Part shown: positions 14,744 through 21,153 of the stretch, in pieces
How the letters are laid out: every line of letters begins with the position of its first letter
How positions within the stretch are numbered: the first letter of the stretch is position 1
Assembly: GCA_035494495.1 (NCBI GenBank)
Contig: DATJGY010000054.1
Span: 1 to 34,203 of the forward strand
DNA length: 34,203 nt
Direction of reading: 5' to 3'
Origin: Alphaproteobacteria bacterium
GTDB taxonomy: Bacteria; Patescibacteriota; Microgenomatia; UBA8517
Translations under genes and position numbers: made by a program
Notes under the pieces: model-generated
Seen by the model: only the letters and a program-made list of their open reading frames with translations
What the model was told of the DNA's origin: nothing
Database searches by the model: none

Positions 14744-15148
14744 TATTTTTACAATCTCAGAGCTTGAAGCAACTTTTATTTTTTTAATTTCTATCACTTT
14801 AGCATCAACTTCTTTTGCGTGATCTTTTTTCTTGTCTAAAATTGGATCGCCCTGAGTCACTGCAATAAAACTTGGTTTTAAATTTTTGACTAAATTCCTA
14901 TAATCTTCATCTTTCATATCCTCACCCAAAATTAAAACCTGGTCAACAAATTGTAGAGATTCCAGAATTTCTTTCCGTTGATGTTGATTATGAATTGGAC
15001 GAGTAGAACCTTTTAGTTTTTTAATATTTGCGTCTGATTCTAAAGCTACAATTAGATAATTTCCAAGTTTTTTGGCTTCTTTTAAAAAATGCACATGACC
15101 AAAGTGGAGAATGTCAAAGCAACCACCAACAAGAACTGTTTTTTTCAT
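14726..15148 (-). CDS. cytidylyl/adenylyltransferase-family protein (HxGH nucleotidyltransferase, TagD/RfaE-II/RibL-like)
   Basis: GGCFDILHFGHVHFLKEAKKLG. The start is trimmed to ATG 15148 because the longer ORF would run through tRNA-Trp. Confidence 0.75.
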   Translation of the reverse strand: MKKTVLVGGCFDILHFGHVHFLKEAKKLGNYLIVALESDANIKKLKGSTRPIHNQHQRKEILESLQFVDQVLILGEDMKDEDYRNLVKNLKPSFIAVTQGDPILDKKKDHAKEVDAKVIEIKKIKVASSSEIVKILLESC

Positions 15149-15151
15149 GAG

Positions 15152-15222
15152 CAGGTCCAGAGGGAATCGAACCCCCATTAGAGGATTTGGAGTCCCCTGG
15201 TCTACCATTAACCTATGGACCT
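15152..15222 (-). tRNA. tRNA-Trp (anticodon CCA), no encoded CCA tail
   Basis: Hand-folded cloverleaf: acceptor AGGTCCA/TGGACCT, anticodon loop CTCCAAA, T-loop TTCGATT. Confidence 0.9.
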
Positions 15223-15238
15223 AAATGGTAACTAGGGT

Positions 15239-15247
15239 ATTATAGCA
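15239..15247 (-). promoter_or_regulatory. extended -10 TGcTATAAT for tRNA-Trp (minus strand)
   Basis: Reverse complement of 15239-15247 is TGCTATAAT. The tRNA 5' end lies 17 nt downstream. Confidence 0.45.
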
Positions 15248-15261
15248 ATTTCTTGAGGCAC

Positions 15262-15290
15262 TTGACAGGTCCTTATTTTGACACTAATAT
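15262..15290 (+). promoter_or_regulatory. promoter TTGACA-17-TAATAT, 6 nt upstream of ATG 15297 (leaderless candidate)
   Basis: TTGACA at 15262-15267 and TAATAT at 15285-15290. Confidence 0.5.
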
Positions 15291-15296
15291 AGGACT

Positions 15297-15536
15297 ATGT
15301 CTACAATACAAGCAACTCAAATAAAAGTCACATTACCTGATGAACTTTATTTACATCTCAAAAGCAAAGCCGAAAGGTTTGGTTTGGGTTTGGCTTCATA
15401 TTTAAGGCATTTGGTAATAAATGATGTTAAAGATGTAGATATTCCGGTTTTTAAAATGAGTGCTGAAAGAGAAAAAATAGCTTTGAAAGCCTTGGAAGAT
15501 TATAAATCTGGCAAGACTTCATCTTACAAATTCTAA
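15297..15536 (+). CDS. ribbon-helix-helix antitoxin
   Basis: KVTLPDELYLHLKSKAERFGLGLASYLRHLV is RHH-like. It shares one nucleotide with the downstream toxin gene. Confidence 0.6.
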   Translation: MSTIQATQIKVTLPDELYLHLKSKAERFGLGLASYLRHLVINDVKDVDIPVFKMSAEREKIALKALEDYKSGKTSSYKF

Positions 15537-15796
15537 TGGAAATTAGGACAACTTCTCATTTTGATAAAAATCTTTCAAAAAAGTTAAAAAGCAATTTTCA
15601 GCTTAAAAATAAAGTTAATAAACAAGTTGGATTATTACAACAAAATTTGCGCCATCCTTCTTTAAAACTTCATAAATTAAATGGTGAAAGAGCTCAAGAA
15701 TATTCTTTTTGGATAGAGGGAAATTTGAGAATTACTTTTATGATTGTTGACCATGTAATTCTATTTACAGATATTATTACTCACGATGAGTATTAA
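15536..15796 (+). CDS. RelE/ParE-superfamily toxin
   Basis: NLRHPSLKLHKLNGERAQEYSFWIEGNLRITF...ITHDEY is the typical RelE/StbE-type signature. Confidence 0.65.
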   Translation: MEIRTTSHFDKNLSKKLKSNFQLKNKVNKQVGLLQQNLRHPSLKLHKLNGERAQEYSFWIEGNLRITFMIVDHVILFTDIITHDEY

Positions 15797-15797
15797 C

Positions 15798-15989
15798 TTA
15801 TTTTAACTTTGAGGATTCTTTGTGAGAAGTAGACTTGCGGCAGTTATTACAAAACTTTTTAATTTCCAATTTTGAACCTTTTTTGCCTTTTGTTTCCATA
15901 TTAACTTTATTCCTGTCTGTTATGTAATTTTGACTTTTACATACAGAACAAGTTAAAGATACTAATTCGCGAGCTCCCTTTTTTGCCAT
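15798..15989 (-). CDS. rpmG: 50S ribosomal protein L33 (zinc-ribbon type)
   Basis: CSVCKSQNY...KKFCNNCRKSTSHKE. Confidence 0.9.
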   Translation of the reverse strand: MAKKGARELVSLTCSVCKSQNYITDRNKVNMETKGKKGSKLEIKKFCNNCRKSTSHKESSKLK

Positions 15990-16018
15990 AACGGTATTTT
16001 ACACGAAGCTAAGTGAAG

Positions 16019-16048
16019 TGACAAGCTCCGTTTAAATTCTGATATAAT
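16019..16048 (+). promoter_or_regulatory. promoter TGACAA-18-TATAAT for tRNA-Thr(GGU)
   Basis: Hexamers at 16019-16024 and 16043-16048. The tRNA starts at 16061. Confidence 0.35.
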
Positions 16049-16060
16049 TACGACTTAAGC

Positions 16061-16132
16061 GCCTGAGTAGCTCAGTGGCAGAGCACTTTCTTGGTAAGAA
16101 AGGGGTCGTGAGTCCGATTCTCACCTCAGGCT
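16061..16132 (+). tRNA. tRNA-Thr (anticodon GGU)
   Basis: Acceptor GCCTGAG/CTCAGGC, anticodon loop TTGGTAA, T-loop TCCGATT. Its 3' end shares 1 nt with the convergent queA stop. Confidence 0.9.
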
Positions 16133-17130
16133 CATTCAATTATCGAAGCATCTCCAAAAGAGAAGAATCTGTATTTTTCTTTGATAGCAATTTTGTACGC
16201 TTTTTTCATTAGTTCCATTCCAGCCAATGCATATACCATTGCCAAAAGAGTTGACTTTGGAAGATGAAAATTGGTAATTAATGCGTCGACGAACTTAAAT
16301 TTATAATCGGGATAAATTAACAAGTTGGTGTAGCCTGAAGTTCTTGGCAAAGCTTCTAAAACTCGAGTTGATGTGCTTCCCACAGCAATTATTCTTTTTC
16401 CATTCTGCTTGGCTTTATTTAATCTCTCAGCAACGTCTTTTTCAATCTCAAAATATTCAGAATGCATCGGGTGATCTTCCAATTTTTCAGTTTTAACTGG
16501 TAAAAAAGTTCCAAGCCCAACATGCAAAGTTACATATTCAATTTGTACGCCTTTATTTTTTAACTTTTCCAAAAGCTCTGGAGTAAAATGGAGCCCAGCA
16601 GTTGGAGCCGCAACCGATCCGACTTTATCGGCATACACAGTTTGATATGCCATTCTTAAACTATTTTCTGATTTCTTGGACTTTATGTATGGTGGAAGCG
16701 GAGTCTTGCCATGTTGGTAAAGCAGTTCAAATAATTTTTCTTTTTCCAAATCAGTTTCCAAAATTACCGTTTGCTCTTCGTGTCCAATAGCTTTAAAAAT
16801 ATGATTTTCAAAATTAATAATTTGGCCAATTTTCAAACCTGGTTTAGTTAGAGCTTTCCAAACTTTGTTTTTAATTTCCTCGACAAGTAGAACTTCGATT
16901 TTGCCTCCCGTATTTTTCTTACCAAAAAATCTAGCTGGAAAGACTTTGGTTTTGTTTAGAATTAAAACGTCATTTGAAGTTAACATGTTTTCAATTTCGT
17001 GGAAAATATGATGAGAAATTTTTCCACGTTTTTTGTTAATTCTTAATAATCTAGAATGGTCTCGCGGAGAAGCGGGTGATTGGGCAATAAGCTCACTAGG
17101 CAAATTGTAATCAAGATCTGAGATATTCAT
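16132..17130 (-). CDS. queA: S-adenosylmethionine:tRNA ribosyltransferase-isomerase
   Basis: LDYNLPSELIAQSPASPRDHSRLL, AAPTAGLHFT, and a full-length match to the QueA architecture. Confidence 0.95.
   Translation of the reverse strand: MNISDLDYNLPSELIAQSPASPRDHSRLLRINKKRGKISHHIFHEIENMLTSNDVLILNKTKVFPARFFGKKNTGGKIEVLLVEEIKNKVWKALTKPGLKIGQIINFENHIFKAIGHEEQTVILETDLEKEKLFELLYQHGKTPLPPYIKSKKSENSLRMAYQTVYADKVGSVAAPTAGLHFTPELLEKLKNKGVQIEYVTLHVGLGTFLPVKTEKLEDHPMHSEYFEIEKDVAERLNKAKQNGKRIIAVGSTSTRVLEALPRTSGYTNLLIYPDYKFKFVDALITNFHLPKSTLLAMVYALAGMELMKKAYKIAIKEKYRFFSFGDASIIE
17119..17127 (+). promoter_or_regulatory. extended -10 TGaGATATT, 5 nt upstream of ATG 17133
   Basis: Read directly. It lies inside the first codons of the divergent queA. 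Confidence 0.3.
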
Positions 17131-17132
17131 TG

Positions 17133-18317
17133 ATGGAATTATACTATCAAAAGAAGTATAATCGCTTACTTTTTAAATTTATGTTTAACATTGCTGATTT
17201 TGCAAGTTCAATAGTTGTCCTGACTGGTCCCTCTGGATCGGGTAAAGATGAAGAGCGTAAAAAATTGTTGGCAGAATGTGAAGCTAAAGGGATTAAATTT
17301 TTTTATAGATCTTCTGGTGATCTCTTCAGAGCGGCTGCGAAAAGTAATAAAGCTATTTCCTCAGAGATGGCAAAAGGTTTTGTTGGAACACTTGAAACAA
17401 TAATGCAACCACTTGTTGATGTTTTTGAGCAGCATATTGTAACTATTCTTGAAGGCAAAAATTCAATTTTAGCTTTGGATGGAGTTTTAAGGATTGGGAA
17501 AAAGACTAGAGAAGATGGTGTCGTTATTCCACCTCAAATAGAACAAGTTGGAGAAGCTTTTACTCGCGCTTTAAGACATGTTTTGGAGAATAGACCTGAA
17601 TTGCGAGAAAAACTAGATTCTGAATTAGTATCTCAAGTTTTAAGTCACGAAGATGTTCCTTGTTTAGAATTGCAACCAAGTGGCATTACTCTTGATTTTG
17701 CTTCGAATATTCAACATTGTCAGCTGGTGATTCCAAGAGGAGACGCCGAAGCCCTAATGCGTGTTAGGTCGAGTAAAGCTTTGACTAAAATAAAGGAAGA
17801 GCTTGAAAATAATCATCGTGATAAAGATGTAGAGAATCTGTTAAAGTTTTTGGATAAAGCTTGTTGGATTCAATCTGGAGAAATATTCGATAAACCAAAT
17901 ATATTTGCCCATTTTACCGATGCAGAAGGGGCCGTTGCTGATTATTATATGAAAACATTAATAAAGGACTTTTATGGATCTCAAGGATTTGAAACTCCTG
18001 ATAAGCCATCATTAAAATCTGCAATTGAAGGATACCTTCTAAAAGCCGAAATTACTCTTCCCGAAGGTTTTGAAATTCCAAGAGAAGATGATGATAAAAG
18101 AAAAACCAAAGATGGTAGATTGAATGCGTATAGAGATGAAACGATACCAATGTTAGTAAGTCTGGGACTTACTCATGAAGAAGGATCGAGATTGACTGAA
18201 ATTAGCAACGGCCCAAGTAGAATGGATTATGAAACTTTCAAACAAAATGCTCAAATAGCAGCCGAAAAAATTGTGGAATATACCATGCCGTACAGTGGAA
18301 ACAGAGAAAGAAGATAA
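17133..18317 (+). CDS. adenylate-kinase-like P-loop kinase with a very large internal insertion
   Basis: P-loop LTGPSGSGKD, SSGDLFRAAA (compare AK STGDxLRAAV), LDGVLR (compare LDGFPR) and, about 200 aa later, REDDDKRKTKDGRLNAYRDETIPM (compare RxDDxxexxxxRLxxYxxxTxP). ATG 17181 is an alternative start. Confidence 0.55.
   Translation: MELYYQKKYNRLLFKFMFNIADFASSIVVLTGPSGSGKDEERKKLLAECEAKGIKFFYRSSGDLFRAAAKSNKAISSEMAKGFVGTLETIMQPLVDVFEQHIVTILEGKNSILALDGVLRIGKKTREDGVVIPPQIEQVGEAFTRALRHVLENRPELREKLDSELVSQVLSHEDVPCLELQPSGITLDFASNIQHCQLVIPRGDAEALMRVRSSKALTKIKEELENNHRDKDVENLLKFLDKACWIQSGEIFDKPNIFAHFTDAEGAVADYYMKTLIKDFYGSQGFETPDKPSLKSAIEGYLLKAEITLPEGFEIPREDDDKRKTKDGRLNAYRDETIPMLVSLGLTHEEGSRLTEISNGPSRMDYETFKQNAQIAAEKIVEYTMPYSGNRERR
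17138..17143 (-). promoter_or_regulatory. -10 TATAAT, 7 nt upstream of queA ATG 17130 (leaderless candidate)
   Basis: Reverse complement of 17138-17143 is TATAAT. No SD. Confidence 0.4.
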
Positions 18318-18318
18318 C

Positions 18319-18687
18319 TTACTTATTAACTTTTAATGAGATATGGCTCACAAGCATATCTCGGTTTTGTTGGAGGTTGAAAAAAAGACCACCGTTTTCA
18401 TCAGCTCTTTGTATGGGACTCCAGCCATCTCCGATTCGCATACGTAAATTTCCATTTTCATCAAATCTAATTCCTAGCGGCTTTTCATTATACAAAAATT
18501 CAAAACCATCTTGTTTTGGTTGGCGATTTGGACTTTCCGGAATTATATATGGGAGAACATCAACTTGATCTTTTTGCAGATAAATACCAAATTGACGAAT
18601 ATGATCCACAAAAATTTGTTTTTGACGCTCTAAGTCAACGTCTGGGGGGGGTGTAACGGAAGTGAATTTTTCTTGCAATAAAGACAT
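18319..18687 (-). CDS. hypothetical protein (122 aa)
   Basis: Clean ORF with a -10 box 7 nt upstream. No family recognised. Confidence 0.5.
   Translation of the reverse strand: MSLLQEKFTSVTPPPDVDLERQKQIFVDHIRQFGIYLQKDQVDVLPYIIPESPNRQPKQDGFEFLYNEKPLGIRFDENGNLRMRIGDGWSPIQRADENGGLFFNLQQNRDMLVSHISLKVNK
18644..18651. repeat. G8/C8 homopolymer inside codons 12-15 of the 18319-18687 ORF
   Basis: Eight consecutive G on the plus strand. It encodes the TPPP segment (codons ACA CCC CCC CCA). Confidence 0.9.
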
Positions 18688-18694
18688 GAGGAGA

Positions 18695-18700
18695 AATATA
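18695..18700 (-). promoter_or_regulatory. -10 TATATT, 7 nt upstream of ATG 18687 (leaderless candidate)
   Basis: Reverse complement of 18695-18700 is TATATT. No SD. Confidence 0.35.
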
Positions 18701-18736
18701 TCACATTTTTCGATGGAATTGTACGCTCAAAAAAAG

Positions 18737-18742
18737 TATAAT
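18737..18742 (+). promoter_or_regulatory. -10 TATAAT for the tRNA-Thr/tRNA-Tyr pair
   Basis: Perfect TATAAT 13 nt upstream of the tRNA 5' end. The -35 element is weak. Confidence 0.35.
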
Positions 18743-18755
18743 ACAGAGCATACGT

Positions 18756-18831
18756 GCCGACGTAGCTCAGCTGGTAGAGCAGGACTTTTGTAAAGTCAAG
18801 GTCAGGGGTTCAAATCCTCTCGTCGGCTCCA
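18756..18831 (+). tRNA. tRNA-Thr (anticodon UGU), CCA encoded
   Basis: Acceptor GCCGACG/CGTCGGC, anticodon loop TTTGTAA, T-loop TTCAAAT, then the discriminator T and CCA. Confidence 0.9.
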
Positions 18832-18832
18832 A

Positions 18833-18917
18833 GCTGAGGTGGCAGAGCGGTCAAATGCATGAGACTGTAGATCTCACGTTCGAAAGAACTACGGGGGTTC
18901 GAATCCCTCCCTCAGCA
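18833..18917 (+). tRNA. tRNA-Tyr (anticodon GUA), long variable arm
   Basis: Acceptor GCTGAGG/CCTCAGC, anticodon loop CTGTAGA, 16-nt variable arm, T-loop TTCGAAT. Confidence 0.9.
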
Positions 18918-18926
18918 CAAAGAAAT

Positions 18927-20060
18927 ATGGGTATCGATAATAATGTTTTAATAAATAATGAACCTGTTGAGTTTGTGTCTAAACCAGAGGTTAAAGAAAA
19001 AATAAATCTTCTCGAAAACAGTATTCTAATCCATGGTTTTAGCAGTAATATAAACACTGGCAATTCTTATGCCATGGAGCAGATAAATTTAGAGAAGATA
19101 TTACACAAAGGTGCATTGGCTACGCCTTCAAGACGCTCTTTAACTCCTGAAGAGAGAGCCCGCTATCAAACAGATGCTCCATTTGATCTTGACAGATTGA
19201 CGTTCCATGTATGGAAAGGTGACGAGGAAGATAATGTTAATTACATAAACGAGGCTTTTTTTGCTGTTCCTCCAGTTGTCTTGGCGGGTGCAGTTTTACA
19301 TGAAGATCCTGCTTGGGCAGGTAGAGCAATATCGGCCTTTCGTACTGATGGTATGGAAATTTCATTAAATAATGGTTTATTATTTTGTTCTCCCGAGTAC
19401 GCTTTACAGTTTCAAGATATATTTCAAGAATTAGCTACTAAGTCAGAGATGAGATTAGATGAATATATACGAAAACATGTCGTAATACTTCCTAGAGAAA
19501 ATTTTTCAGATATAAATAATTTGTGGAAATCTGTTTCAACAAGAATCAAGCCGTCTAATGGGGTAAGTGCGCAAATTGTTACCGCTGATCAAATGGAACC
19601 ATCAAACGGAATTGATTTTACCAAATCTTTGTCTGGCGCAACTCCTGTTACTGTCGAACAACTAGGAGATGGAAAAATATTAGAAATAAATAAAATGACC
19701 GAGTTATCAAATTGGCTCACAAATATAGTAGATAGAGATAAACGAAGACTTGATAATATTGTTTCTAATCTTAATGATAACCCCTTCGATATAGAAACCC
19801 TAAGAGAAATCCCTCATTGGTTTAAAATACTGGATTTGCTTAACAAATTTAATCCGGAATCAGATGAGATTGTATTTTTCAATAAAGCAAGAGCTGTTTA
19901 CGATCAGATTCGGATCAAGGCACTTAGAGAAAACAACACAATCTTAAAATTAAGATATCCAAACGCTCAAAAAAGTAGTGAGCGTATTCGACCTGCTATT
20001 TCTGAACCTGTGGTATTTGTAGATGAAAATGGTGAGTATCGTGTAATGCAACCTTTGTAG
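18927..20060 (+). CDS. hypothetical protein (377 aa)
   Basis: The start is trimmed to ATG 18927 because the longer ORF overlaps tRNA-Tyr. No family recognised. Confidence 0.55.
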   Translation: MGIDNNVLINNEPVEFVSKPEVKEKINLLENSILIHGFSSNINTGNSYAMEQINLEKILHKGALATPSRRSLTPEERARYQTDAPFDLDRLTFHVWKGDEEDNVNYINEAFFAVPPVVLAGAVLHEDPAWAGRAISAFRTDGMEISLNNGLLFCSPEYALQFQDIFQELATKSEMRLDEYIRKHVVILPRENFSDINNLWKSVSTRIKPSNGVSAQIVTADQMEPSNGIDFTKSLSGATPVTVEQLGDGKILEINKMTELSNWLTNIVDRDKRRLDNIVSNLNDNPFDIETLREIPHWFKILDLLNKFNPESDEIVFFNKARAVYDQIRIKALRENNTILKLRYPNAQKSSERIRPAISEPVVFVDENGEYRVMQPL

Positions 20061-20088
20061 GTCAAAGAAAAATTTTCCTATTTACAAA

Positions 20089-20242
20089 ATTGACCCCGTT
20101 ATCAAGGGAATCGGTATGCTTCCTGGAAATCTCCAGGTGGGTAAGCTGTCAACTCTTGGAATCCTCAAGCTGAACTTCCGCCTTCCCAATTTTAAAAAAT
20201 AGTCAGAAAGTTTAAACCGACTCTCTCTTTAACAGGGTCAAT
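20089..20242. ncRNA. candidate structured RNA of about 150 nt (unclassified)
   Basis: Long-range pairing of ATTGACCCCGTTA (20089-20101) with TAACAGGGTCAAT (20230-20242), extended by AAGGGA/TCTCTT and TCGG/CCGA. An internal hairpin CCTGGA-AATC-TCCAGG lies at 20122-20137. -10-like boxes are present on both strands. Confidence 0.25.
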
Positions 20243-20250
20243 TAATTATA

Positions 20251-20853
20251 TCAGATGACTCCAAATCCAGGCACGAGGAGATTTAGGACGAAGCTGATAA
20301 TCGGGTCAATTATTATTGAGATCAAAGAACTACCTCCAAAAAGTGGGAAAATAAGCACAAATAACAAAAACAAACTATAACGCTCAGGAAATAAATCAGG
20401 GAAAATTTTGCTGCCGTCCAAAGGATGAACTGGAATTAGATTAAAAATTGCCAATGAAACATTAAGTAGGATAACAGGAAAAAAGAGATTAAAAATGAGT
20501 TCAGATGGGAAGATTCGTATTACAATTGCCAAAAGTGTAGCAAGAAGAATATTTACAAAAGGCCCAGCAAGAGCAATTATGGCCATGTCTTTTTTCGGAT
20601 TTTCTAAATTGTAAGGATCAACAGGAACTGGTTTTGCCCAACCAAAAGGAATAACTGGAATTCCAACCGAGCGCATAATTACCAAAATCAGAAGTAGGGA
20701 AGTTCCAACTGGATCGTAATGTTTGATGGGATTTAAAGTTAATCGGCCTAAAACACGAGCTGTAGGATCTCCCAAACGGTTAGCCATCCAAGCATGCGCA
20801 GCTTCGTGAATTGTAATTGTAATGGCGAAAGCTAAAATCCAGATGATAATCAT
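20251..20853 (-). CDS. site-2 protease family (M50) membrane metalloprotease
   Basis: HEAAHAWMA zinc motif within a multi-TM protein. LIPVHPLDGSKI. Confidence 0.8.
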   Translation of the reverse strand: MIIIWILAFAITITIHEAAHAWMANRLGDPTARVLGRLTLNPIKHYDPVGTSLLLILVIMRSVGIPVIPFGWAKPVPVDPYNLENPKKDMAIIALAGPFVNILLATLLAIVIRIFPSELIFNLFFPVILLNVSLAIFNLIPVHPLDGSKIFPDLFPERYSLFLLFVLIFPLFGGSSLISIIIDPIISFVLNLLVPGFGVI

Positions 20854-20882
20854 TGCGATTGAAACTAATTATATAGTATAAT
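20853..20882 (+). promoter_or_regulatory. promoter TTGCGA-18-TATAAT, 7 nt upstream of rpmB ATG 20890 (leaderless candidate)
   Basis: Hexamers at 20853-20858 and 20877-20882. No SD. Confidence 0.5.
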
Positions 20883-20889
20883 CGCTCTC

Positions 20890-21150
20890 ATGGCTTATAT
20901 TTGTGACAATTGTGGAAAAGGAACAGTGGCTGGTCGCCAAAGTACACATCATCGTGGTGTTGCTGGAAAACGCTGGAGAAAAAGAGCTCCAAAAACTTTG
21001 AGAACTTTTAAACCTAACTTGCAAAAAATTGCAGTTACTTTGAATTCAGTTAAGCTTCAAATGCAGCTTTGCACAGATTGTATTAGTAGATTTATAATTG
21101 ATGGGAAGATCAAGAAAGCCCAAAGAACTTCAGTTAGTGCTATCATTTAA
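20890..21150 (+). CDS. rpmB: 50S ribosomal protein L28 (Cys-containing type)
   Basis: CDNCGKGTVAGRQSTHHRGVAGKRWRKRAPKTLRTFKPNLQ is typical bL28. Confidence 0.85.
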   Translation: MAYICDNCGKGTVAGRQSTHHRGVAGKRWRKRAPKTLRTFKPNLQKIAVTLNSVKLQMQLCTDCISRFIIDGKIKKAQRTSVSAII

Positions 21151-21153
21151 AGA

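Noticed and set aside
15149-15208. N-terminal extension of the nucleotidyltransferase ORF (MVDQGTPNPLMGVRFPLDLL).
   Set aside because: This stretch is the minus-strand tRNA-Trp gene. ATG 15148 gives the canonical N-terminus before the HxGH motif.
18855-18926. N-terminal extension of the 401-aa ORF.
   Set aside because: It reads through tRNA-Tyr. The first ATG after the tRNA (18927) was chosen instead.
20156-20190. Possible degenerate att-like copy of the tRNA-Tyr 3' end (GAATCCTCAAGC versus GAATCCCTCCCTCAGC) that would delimit an integrated element from 18917 to 20190.
   Set aside because: The match is only about 12 of 16 positions with gaps, and no integrase is present. It is too weak to call.
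20089-20242. SRP (4.5S) RNA assignment for the structured intergenic region. The minus strand shows CCUGGA-GAUU-UCCAGG-AAGCA, reminiscent of helix 8.
   Set aside because: The loop is not GNRA. The AGCA is not arranged in the symmetric-loop geometry. The hairpin apex is far from the centre of the closing helix. I therefore left it unclassified.
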